Positions 48,398 to 56,618 of a stretch of DNA of 64,000 nt are shown piece after piece; within the stretch, counting starts at the first letter, position 1, and the number at the start of each line of letters is the position of its first letter. Source of the stretch: an uncultured Acidobacteriota bacterium (GTDB taxonomy: Bacteria > Acidobacteriota > Vicinamibacteria > Vicinamibacterales > UBA8438); the NCBI GenBank assembly GCA_913043225.1, contig CAJWLU010000003.1, forward strand, positions 64,001 to 128,000. The letters run 5' to 3'. Below the pieces are notes generated by a model that saw nothing but the letters and a program-made list of their open reading frames with translations, did not search any database and was not told where the DNA came from. The position numbers and the translations under genes were made by a program.

Positions 48398-49840
48398 TTA
48401 TTGCTCGCCTTCGGTGGTTGCCCGAGCCGCCTCGCGTTCGGCGAGACGGCGCTCGTACTGCTCGTCGGTCATGAACGCGATGTCGGTCCAGCCGTGTCCC
48501 ATCTCATCCATCGTGCGGGCACCCCAGCCGATCCAGGCCGACGGGTCGGGATTGTGTCGATTGTTGGTGGTGTTGTCGTGCCACGACACCGTGTGGAGAA
48601 TGGTGCCCTTCGGGAACAGGTGCGGCTCAGCGTAGGGATAGACGATCTGCCAGGTCTGCTCGTAGTTGGTGACGTCGGTGAGAACCTCGCGCCGACCATC
48701 GAGATGGATCGCCTCGATCAGCATCCGTGAGCCGCGGAAATGCATGTGCGGCTGGAAGCTGAGGATGAGCGCAGCTTGGGGGAGCGGCCAGAACCGCTCG
48801 TGGCGGGCGACTGTGTTGGGCGGGATGCTCATCTGGGCCACGCCGTTCAGGGTGTTGTCGTCGATGAGGAGTCCGGTGGGCATCCGGTCGGCGTGTAGCG
48901 GCAGGTCAACGCCCGCGCGCAGCAGCCGGTCTTCGACCGCTTCCTGGTTCAGTTCCCAGTCGTGGCCGATGCCCGTCCGCAGGCGGTGCGCAGTTACGAT
49001 GAGCTCCGGCACCTCGCCTTTGGGGTAGAACTTGATACCCACCTTCTGGCGGTCAATCGTCTCCTCACCCCATGGGTGATAGTGCGGCGCGAAACGGAAG
49101 AGGCCGCCAGCGGGGAGCTTCCGACCCGTTCCCTGAGGGTAGTACTGTCCGGTGGATCCCATCGCGTATTCGATCAGATCGATTTCACGCGTGTTCGAGC
49201 CCATCCCGAGGCGATACTCGTCGCGGTCCTGGATGTCTTCTGGCACGCTGACATAGACGTGAGAGTGGTGTACGCAGCAGTACGCCTCAGGAATAATTTG
49301 GACCCACTTCACGTAACGGTCTTCGGTCAGGCCCGGGTCGACGATCTCCGAGGGGTAGAAGTCGGCGCCCTCAGCGGGAATGGCGAAGCCTTCCTGCATC
49401 TGGACGACGAGATCCGGCTCGCCGTAGGTCCACTCGTTGAGCTCATGGAACTCGAGGGGCGGCGGCGCATCGGCCGGATTGCCCCGCGCGGCACCGCCGG
49501 CGACCCAGTCGACGATCGTCTGGATCTCGTCATCGCTCAGCGACGGGTCGGCGACGTAGTCGCCGATGCTGCGGTCAAGGTGCCACGGGGGCATCTGTCT
49601 GGCGACGACACGGTCCCGGATCGAGCGCGCCCACGGGCGGGTTTCCTCATACGTCAGCAGCGACATAGGCGCGCCGGTGCCCGCCCGATGACATTGCTGA
49701 CAGGAGCGTTGCAGGAGTGGCAACACATCCCGCGTGAAGGTTGGGTCGGACGCGGTCTGCCCCTGGGCGGGCGAGGCCGGGACGAGCGCGGCGACGACGA
49801 GCAGGCTCAGGGTCGTGATACCTGCGGACACAACGCGCAT
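48398..49840 (-). CDS. Secreted cytochrome c-fused copper type II monooxygenase-like protein, paralog 2
   Basis: GGAGG RBS; signal peptide; CQQCH...MPPW; CCVHHSH, PHY, PHMHFRG, DEM. Confidence 0.8.
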   Translation of the reverse strand: MRVVSAGITTLSLLVVAALVPASPAQGQTASDPTFTRDVLPLLQRSCQQCHRAGTGAPMSLLTYEETRPWARSIRDRVVARQMPPWHLDRSIGDYVADPSLSDDEIQTIVDWVAGGAARGNPADAPPPLEFHELNEWTYGEPDLVVQMQEGFAIPAEGADFYPSEIVDPGLTEDRYVKWVQIIPEAYCCVHHSHVYVSVPEDIQDRDEYRLGMGSNTREIDLIEYAMGSTGQYYPQGTGRKLPAGGLFRFAPHYHPWGEETIDRQKVGIKFYPKGEVPELIVTAHRLRTGIGHDWELNQEAVEDRLLRAGVDLPLHADRMPTGLLIDDNTLNGVAQMSIPPNTVARHERFWPLPQAALILSFQPHMHFRGSRMLIEAIHLDGRREVLTDVTNYEQTWQIVYPYAEPHLFPKGTILHTVSWHDNTTNNRHNPDPSAWIGWGARTMDEMGHGWTDIAFMTDEQYERRLAEREAARATTEGEQ

Positions 49841-49953
49841 ACAATCCTCCAGAGGTTCGGTAGCCTGGCAAGTCTACCAGGATAGTCCACCGGCCAGGTT
49901 GTGAAGGTCCGGTCCCGCGTGATACACCGTGACCGCGGCAAACACGGGAGGAC

Positions 49954-50730
49954 GTGATGGATCTCTTCCGCACGTGGGTGAGACGTGCACTGGTTGGTGG
50001 GGTGGGGCTGATGGGGCCCCTCGCGACCGCAGGGTATGCGCAGCAAGAGCCGGTCTACCCGGTTTATGACGGCTTTCACGTGACCGAGGATGGGGTGTAC
50101 GTCCTGTCGTTCGCCTACTTCAGCCACAATTTCGAGCCCGTGTCGGTGTCCCCGGGGCCAGACAATCGCTTCCTCACGGGAGCCGAAGACCGCCAGCAAC
50201 CGACCCGGTTTCTACCAGGTCACAATCGCTACCAGTGCGTCATGGTGATGGACGCTGGCTTCGAGGGCGGTGTGCGCTGGCACCTCGAGCGCGCGGGCGT
50301 CGTTTCCTCTACCAGCGAGGACATGCTGCAATACAACTGGGAGCTGGAGTCCGGATCCGTGCGGCAGATCCTGCGTGACGTGGACGTGGCGGCTGCTCCC
50401 CGAGGCGTCTGTCTCAACCGGGCGCCCACCGTGAGGTTCCTCGGGTTGCGCAATGGTCCCGCCGGCGCTCCTCCCGAGGTCGCCGTCGAGGTTGGCGCCG
50501 AGCTGAAGCTGTTTGGCAGCGTTCGGGATGAGGGGTTGCCTAGAACCGGCGAGCTCAAGAGTCGCTGGAGCAAGCTCTCGGGACCAGGGGAGGTTGTCTT
50601 CAGCGCACCGAACGAGCCGCGTACGCTCGCGACCTTCGAAGCGGCTGGCAGCTACGAACTGGAACTCTGGGCGAGTGATGGCAAGCGCGAAGGTGCCAGT
50701 CGAGTTGTGGTGATAGCCACCACTGACTGA
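49954..50730 (+). CDS. Secreted hypothetical protein with a C-terminal PKD/Ig-like domain
   Basis: Signal peptide (AYAQ-like); YPVYDGF, QPTRFLPG; NRAP...WSKLSGPG...GSYELELWASDG. Confidence 0.7.
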   Translation: MMDLFRTWVRRALVGGVGLMGPLATAGYAQQEPVYPVYDGFHVTEDGVYVLSFAYFSHNFEPVSVSPGPDNRFLTGAEDRQQPTRFLPGHNRYQCVMVMDAGFEGGVRWHLERAGVVSSTSEDMLQYNWELESGSVRQILRDVDVAAAPRGVCLNRAPTVRFLGLRNGPAGAPPEVAVEVGAELKLFGSVRDEGLPRTGELKSRWSKLSGPGEVVFSAPNEPRTLATFEAAGSYELELWASDGKREGASRVVVIATTD

Positions 50731-50741
50731 GAGCGAAGCTG

Positions 50742-51395
50742 ATGCAGCTTATCTTCGAGCAGATCCGAACCGGGGGTGATCGCAACTTTGCCTACCTGCT
50801 CGGCGATCGGGATGCGGGCCGCGGTGTTGTCATCGACCCGTCCTACACCCCCAATGTCGTCTGTCAGCGCGCCACGGACCAGGGGCTGACCGTGACCCAC
50901 GTGGTCAACACTCATGGCCATCCCGACCATACCGAGGGCAATGAGACGGCGGTTGCCATCACCGGTGCGCCGGTAGCAGCACACCCAGACCTCCTGGGGG
51001 GGGTGGGTCACCCGCTGGCCGACGGCGATACGCTCGCGGTGGGCGCCTTCGGCCTCCGCTGTTTTCATGCGCCTGGCCACTGCCCGGACCACCTCGTGCT
51101 CTACGAGCCGTCGGCGAGGCTCCTCATCACCGGTGACCTGCTATTTGTAGGCAAGGTCGGGGGTACGAAGACCGAGGAGGATGCTCGGGTCGAATGGGAG
51201 AGCCTGCAGCATGTGCTCGATGTCGTGCCGGATGATGCGACCGTCTGGCCCGGGCACGATTACGGCGCCCGACCCAGTTCCACCATCGCGCTCGAACGCT
51301 TGAGTAACCCGTTCCTGTGCTGCAGGAGCGTCGACGAGTTTCTCGACTTGCGCACCGAGTGGCGCGACTACAAGCGGCGTCTCGGACTGAGGTAA
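50742..51395 (+). CDS. Metallo-beta-lactamase-fold hydrolase, glyoxalase II/ETHE1-like
   Basis: NFAYL, IDP, THGHPDH, PGHC, TGDLLF, WPGHDY, NPF. Confidence 0.9.
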   Translation: MQLIFEQIRTGGDRNFAYLLGDRDAGRGVVIDPSYTPNVVCQRATDQGLTVTHVVNTHGHPDHTEGNETAVAITGAPVAAHPDLLGGVGHPLADGDTLAVGAFGLRCFHAPGHCPDHLVLYEPSARLLITGDLLFVGKVGGTKTEEDARVEWESLQHVLDVVPDDATVWPGHDYGARPSSTIALERLSNPFLCCRSVDEFLDLRTEWRDYKRRLGLR

Positions 51396-51443
51396 GCCGT
51401 GGTCGCCGACCACGGCGACGTTCCCGTCATCATCGGCGGCTCC

Positions 51444-52736
51444 TCATGGCGGTCCGAGTTCCTGATGCCAGGCCGCTGGTAGGTGCGGTTTGGTGTCACG
51501 CACGATCTCCAGGATCGTCCATCGTTCTTCGCTCGTCAGGTGCCGGGAACTTGCATGGTCGGTCGTCAGAGTCGTGAGAAGCCGCGCGTAGATCGTGTTA
51601 CGCACGTCGGATGGTAGGTTGTCGAGAAGCGGGCTGTAGATCAGATAGCTGAGTCGATAGCGAAAAAGACTGGTCTCGAGATCGAATTCACGTAGTGAGC
51701 GCCCCAGTCGGTCGCGAGGGCCGCCCGCCGAGAAGGTCTCGGTGAATGTGGAGACGCCCCGGATCGGCGCCGACAGAGGTGCTTCGTCGGCGAACAGCAT
51801 GTACCGCACGATCTCCTCAACGAGAGCAGCGCGGTCCTCCTTTTCGCTCGCATCCAGTAAGCCGTCGTGCTCGGCGATGCGAGCCTCCCAGCCGGCTCGG
51901 GTGAAGAGATTAAGCAGATGGGCCTGGTGCTCCAGGGTCATCAGCGCCACCAGATCGCTCGTCGGCACCGGGTAGTCGTCCGGATCGATGAACCGGGTCA
52001 GTGTCGTGAGGTTTTGGTTTGCCGGGTCGACGAATCCGGCTGGGGTCGAGGGGTCTCGGGCGACGGCGTTGCCGCGGTGGCGCTGGTCGCCATGTTCACC
52101 CGTGACATACCAGCCTCCCCATCGCTGCTCGAAGGGGGTGTCGTGGCTGGTGACCACGGTGCCCAGGGTGAAGTCGGGGCGGCCGGTGGCGGTGGTGGAG
52201 ACCGATCCAACATAGGGGCCGGGCACGCCGAGGGTGGCCGCCGCCTGATGACACTGCAAGCAGACGTTCGGTCGAGCGACCCGGGGGGCGCCGTCCGGCG
52301 AGCGGCCGAAGGTGTAGAAGCGGGCGCCGTCTTCCGGGACGAACGCCATTACCTCGAGCAGCGCTGCCCCCGGCACGAAGCCGATGGCCACAGTCTCGTT
52401 GAAGTAGAGGGCCCGCGGCTGCCGCGGACCGATGTGGTTCGACAGCAGACTGGTCTGCGAGAACACCAGGGCCTGGGAGTCGACCGGCACGTCCAGGCGC
52501 TCCAGAAGAGCAGGCAGGTAGCCAAAGCGTTCGTCGTGTTCGAGGGTGGTGGAGGCCGCCTCGAGCTGGCTGGCCAACTGCGCCACGATGTCGTCCGACT
52601 GTCGGCGGTGGTAGTCGATCGCCGGATGTCCGGCCGGCAGGTTGGCCCGATATGGTCCCGGCGGCGGCACCTGAGCTTCTGCGATGGCGGGCACGAACGC
52701 GAGCACGAGCGCGGCGAGGGTGCGCGAGGTGGCCAC
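51444..52736 (-). CDS. Secreted monoheme c-type uncharacterised protein
   Basis: Signal peptide (AEAQ); CLQCH; RWGGWYVTG; SDLVALMTLEHQ; divergent from cassette copy 4. Confidence 0.78.
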   Translation of the reverse strand: MATSRTLAALVLAFVPAIAEAQVPPPGPYRANLPAGHPAIDYHRRQSDDIVAQLASQLEAASTTLEHDERFGYLPALLERLDVPVDSQALVFSQTSLLSNHIGPRQPRALYFNETVAIGFVPGAALLEVMAFVPEDGARFYTFGRSPDGAPRVARPNVCLQCHQAAATLGVPGPYVGSVSTTATGRPDFTLGTVVTSHDTPFEQRWGGWYVTGEHGDQRHRGNAVARDPSTPAGFVDPANQNLTTLTRFIDPDDYPVPTSDLVALMTLEHQAHLLNLFTRAGWEARIAEHDGLLDASEKEDRAALVEEIVRYMLFADEAPLSAPIRGVSTFTETFSAGGPRDRLGRSLREFDLETSLFRYRLSYLIYSPLLDNLPSDVRNTIYARLLTTLTTDHASSRHLTSEERWTILEIVRDTKPHLPAAWHQELGPP

Positions 52737-52839
52737 GCTCGGATTTTACGCCGATGCCGCACGGAGCGGAGCGTCGGGGCGAAATCCCTTCGGGTTCGCG
52801 AGCGGGATCGGCTAATCTGTGCCCGGACCTGTGGTAGAC

Positions 52840-55197
52840 ATGCGCCTACTCACGTTTACGGCGGTCTTGTCGCTGGTCGCGGCTGGAGGAGGCCTTGCCC
52901 AGGTGCTCCCTGATCGGGCCCTGCTTGACCGCTACTGCATGAGCTGTCACAGCGACCAGTCGCGACAGGGTGACCTCTCACTGGCCGACATCGACCTCGC
53001 CCGGCCAGCGGCGTATGCCCCAGTCCTCGAGAAGGTGGCTCGGAAGCTTCGCGCCGGTCTGATGCCGCCTCCTGGTCGACCCCGGCCAGAAGCCGATGTC
53101 GTCGATCAGTTCATCCTGGATATCGAGACTTCGATAGACGTTGCCGCAGCCAGCGAGCCGAACCCCGGGCGGCCGGTGCTACATCGCCTGAACCGCACGG
53201 AATACGCCAACGTAGTCAGGGATCTGCTGGGCTTGGAGGTACGCGCCGAGACGCTCCTGCCGCCCGATGACATGAGTCAGGGCTACGACAACATGTCGGA
53301 CGTGCTGACCGTATCGCCGGCGTTACTCGAGAGCTACATTTCGGCGGCGGGCAAGATCAGCCGTCTCGCGATCGGTGATCCGGATGTCAACCCGGCGGTT
53401 GAGACCTACGTGGTGCCCCAGGCGGTATCCCAGATGACTCACGTGCCGGGGACGCCGTTCGGCACCAGGGGTGGGCTGGCTGTCACGCACAATTTCCCCG
53501 CGGATGGGAAGTACGCGTTCCGGTTGTCGTTCTATTACTCAAGCATCGGTCCAATCTTCGGAGACAACATTCCCGCCGAAGGTGAGCAGATCGAGATCGC
53601 GATCGATGGCGAGCGGGTTGCGCTGCTCGACTTCGATCGGAAGCTCAAGACGACCGAGGATCTGCGCACGCCGCCGATAGCGATCACGGCCGGACCGCAT
53701 CAGCTGTCTGCCGCCTTTATCAAGCGCGCCGCCGGACCGGTGCAGGATTTCGTGATGCCGTTCGACCGCGTGTTGGCCGACCTCTCCACCGGTCATTTTC
53801 CCGGCCTGACTGGCCTGCCGCACCTCCGGAATCTCGGGATCGACGGTCCGTATGACGTGACCGGCGTCAGCGAGACGCCCAGTCGTGGCCGCGTGCTGAG
53901 CTGTCGACCCGCAACGCCAGAGGCGGAGCTCGGGTGTGCTCGGGAGATTGTGGGGCGTCTCGCGCGACGAGCCTTTAGGCGCCCGGTCGCGGACACCGAT
54001 CTCGATCGACTCCTAACGCTTTATGCCGAAGGGCGCGACGCTGGCGGTTTCGACGCAGGCATCCGACTGGCCCTCCAGGCGGTGCTTGCCGATCCCGAGT
54101 TCGTCTTCCGCTTCGAACGGACGCCATCTGATGCCGAGGTAGGCGAGAGCTACCAGATTAGTGACCTGGAGCTAGCGTCCAGGTTGTCCTTTTTCCTGTG
54201 GAGCAGCGTCCCGGATGAGGTGCTGCTTGCGGTTGCCGATGAGGGACGGCTGTCCGACCCGGCTGAATTGGAGCGGCAGGTACGCCGCATGCTCGACGAC
54301 TCGCGCGCCGAAGCGTTGTCGACGAGCTTTGCGTCACACTGGCTCCGTTTGCAGAACCTCAGCGACGCACATCCGGATGTCTATCTGTTCCCCAATTGGG
54401 ACGAGAACCTAAACCGATCGATGCGGCGTGAGACCGAGATGCTGTTCGACCACGTCGTGCGGGCGGATCGAAGTCTGCTGGAGCTGCTCGACGCCGACTA
54501 CACCTTTGTGAACGAGCGGCTGGCCGGACACTACGGGATCCCGAATGTCGTGGGCTCACGTTTTCGGCGCGTCGAGGTCGCCGCGCCGGAACGCCGAGGC
54601 CTGCTCGGTCACGCGAGCATCTTGACGTTGACCTCGGTGTCCAACCGCACGGCGCCGGTCATCCGGGGCGCGTGGGTGCTCGACGTGTTGCTAGGGACGC
54701 CGCCGCCGCGACCCCCGGCCGACGTCCCTCCTCTCGAGGAGAACGAGACGCACCAGGTACTGACATCGGTTCGGGATCGGGTGATCGCCCACCGGGCGAA
54801 TCCGGCCTGTGCGTCGTGCCACAACGTGATGGATCCGGTTGGGTTCGCGCTCGAGAACTTCGACGCGGTTGGGGCCTGGCGGACCATGGACGGACCGGAC
54901 CGGGTCGACCCGTCGGGCACGTTGTACGACGGGACGCCGGTTGACGGGCCCAGCGCCCTCCGCGGATTCTTGCTGGCCAACCATGATCTGTTTCTGACGA
55001 ATTTCGCACGCAACCTGTTGATGTACGCGACTGGTCGAGTCTTCCAGCCCTACGACATGCCGGCTGTACGGGAAGTGGTGTCGGAGGCTGCTGCGGCCGA
55101 CCATCGCTTCTCTGCCTACGTCCTGGGGGTGGTGAACAGTACACCCTTCAGGATGCGCCGTGCTGACCAGGTGCCAGATGACGTGGCGGTGCAATGA
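52840..55197 (+). CDS. Diheme DUF1587/1595/1592/1588/1585 protein, cassette copy 4
   Basis: Signal peptide; CMSCH...MPP; RLNRTEY; ELASRLSFFLWSS; CASCH. Confidence 0.92.
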   Translation: MRLLTFTAVLSLVAAGGGLAQVLPDRALLDRYCMSCHSDQSRQGDLSLADIDLARPAAYAPVLEKVARKLRAGLMPPPGRPRPEADVVDQFILDIETSIDVAAASEPNPGRPVLHRLNRTEYANVVRDLLGLEVRAETLLPPDDMSQGYDNMSDVLTVSPALLESYISAAGKISRLAIGDPDVNPAVETYVVPQAVSQMTHVPGTPFGTRGGLAVTHNFPADGKYAFRLSFYYSSIGPIFGDNIPAEGEQIEIAIDGERVALLDFDRKLKTTEDLRTPPIAITAGPHQLSAAFIKRAAGPVQDFVMPFDRVLADLSTGHFPGLTGLPHLRNLGIDGPYDVTGVSETPSRGRVLSCRPATPEAELGCAREIVGRLARRAFRRPVADTDLDRLLTLYAEGRDAGGFDAGIRLALQAVLADPEFVFRFERTPSDAEVGESYQISDLELASRLSFFLWSSVPDEVLLAVADEGRLSDPAELERQVRRMLDDSRAEALSTSFASHWLRLQNLSDAHPDVYLFPNWDENLNRSMRRETEMLFDHVVRADRSLLELLDADYTFVNERLAGHYGIPNVVGSRFRRVEVAAPERRGLLGHASILTLTSVSNRTAPVIRGAWVLDVLLGTPPPRPPADVPPLEENETHQVLTSVRDRVIAHRANPACASCHNVMDPVGFALENFDAVGAWRTMDGPDRVDPSGTLYDGTPVDGPSALRGFLLANHDLFLTNFARNLLMYATGRVFQPYDMPAVREVVSEAAAADHRFSAYVLGVVNSTPFRMRRADQVPDDVAVQ

Positions 55198-55242
55198 CCA
55201 GAGATCTGGGAAGATAGAGGGGAAGACGCGGGAGAAAGCGGC

Positions 55243-56616
55243 ATGTACATCACACGGAAGCACATCTCGAGACGTAAAGCGCTACGTGGTGTCGGGGTTA
55301 CCCTGGCGCTGCCGTGGCTCGAAGCCATGATGCCGGCGCAGACGGCGATTCGTGGGTCGGCGGCCCAGCCTCGTACCCGGTTTGCCGCGCTTGAGATGGT
55401 GCACGGGTCGGCGGGCAGCACGGGTGAAGGCACCAGGCTGCACTACTGGTCGCCTCGCACCGTCGGTCGGAATTTCGAGACCACTCCGATCCTGCGTCCC
55501 CTCGAGCCGTATCAGGACTATGTGACGATCGTTAGCCACACGGACATCGCTCCCGCCACGGCACAGACCGAGGCCGAGGCGGGCGCCGACCACACCCGTT
55601 CGTCGGCCGCGTTCTTGACGTCGGCGCACGCCAAGATGACCGAGGGCGCCGACATCTACAACGGGACGTCGGTAGATCAGCTCTATGCCAGGGCCCATGG
55701 TCAGGACACACCGCTGCCGTCGATCCAGCTTTGCGTGGAGGATGTGGGCTCGCTGACGGGCGCCTGCGGTTACGGCTACAGCTGCGTCTATGCCAACACG
55801 ATCTCCTGGTCGTCTCCGACCACGCCGCTCCCGATGGAGCGGGACCCACGCGTGGTCTTCGAGCGGTTGTTCGGCGACGGTGCGACGCCCGAGCAGCGGA
55901 TGCAGCGACGGCAGGCCAACGCGAGCATCCTCGACGCCATTCTCGGGAAGGTCGCCGAGCTGCAGCGTGACTTGGGCGCTGCGGACCGGGCCCGCCTCAG
56001 CGACTATCTCGAGGATGTTCGAGAGATCGAGCGCCGCATAGAGCTGGTCGAGGGGCAAAATGCGACTCGGCGGGGTGTCGATCTGCCGGACGCCCCGGTT
56101 GGGGTGCCGGATGCCTGGACCGATCACATCCGCATGATGTTCGACCTGCAGGTCTTGGCGTTCACGACCGACGTGACCCGGGTGTCGGCGTTCAAGATGG
56201 GGCGTGACGTTAGTTCACGGGTCTACACCGAGAGCGGCGTGGAGACGCCATTCCACTCGCTGTCCCACCACGGCAACCGGTCGGACAAGCTGGCGGAGTT
56301 CGCCAAGCTGAACGAGTTCCACGTCGATCAGGTCGCCTACTTCATCGATCGATTGAAGAATACGCCCGACGGCGATGGCAACCTGCTGGATCACTCGATG
56401 GTGCTCTACGGCAGCCCCATGGGCGATGGTAGCGTCCACAATCATCTGCGGGTTCCGCTGTTCCTGGCCGGTCACGCCAATGGCCAGCTGAAGGGCAACT
56501 CTCATGTGCTGTGCGAGGACGGGACGCCGATGGCGAACCTGCTGCTGACGATGATGCACAAGCTCGAAGTGGGCGTTGACAGCGTCGGCGACAGTACCGG
56601 CGAGATCGCGATCTGA
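55243..56616 (+). CDS. DUF1552 (HxxSHH) Tat protein, cassette copy 4
   Basis: ISRRKALRG; ADH; CGYGYSC; HSLSHH; GDSTG. Confidence 0.92.
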   Translation: MYITRKHISRRKALRGVGVTLALPWLEAMMPAQTAIRGSAAQPRTRFAALEMVHGSAGSTGEGTRLHYWSPRTVGRNFETTPILRPLEPYQDYVTIVSHTDIAPATAQTEAEAGADHTRSSAAFLTSAHAKMTEGADIYNGTSVDQLYARAHGQDTPLPSIQLCVEDVGSLTGACGYGYSCVYANTISWSSPTTPLPMERDPRVVFERLFGDGATPEQRMQRRQANASILDAILGKVAELQRDLGAADRARLSDYLEDVREIERRIELVEGQNATRRGVDLPDAPVGVPDAWTDHIRMMFDLQVLAFTTDVTRVSAFKMGRDVSSRVYTESGVETPFHSLSHHGNRSDKLAEFAKLNEFHVDQVAYFIDRLKNTPDGDGNLLDHSMVLYGSPMGDGSVHNHLRVPLFLAGHANGQLKGNSHVLCEDGTPMANLLLTMMHKLEVGVDSVGDSTGEIAI

Positions 56617-56618
56617 CG

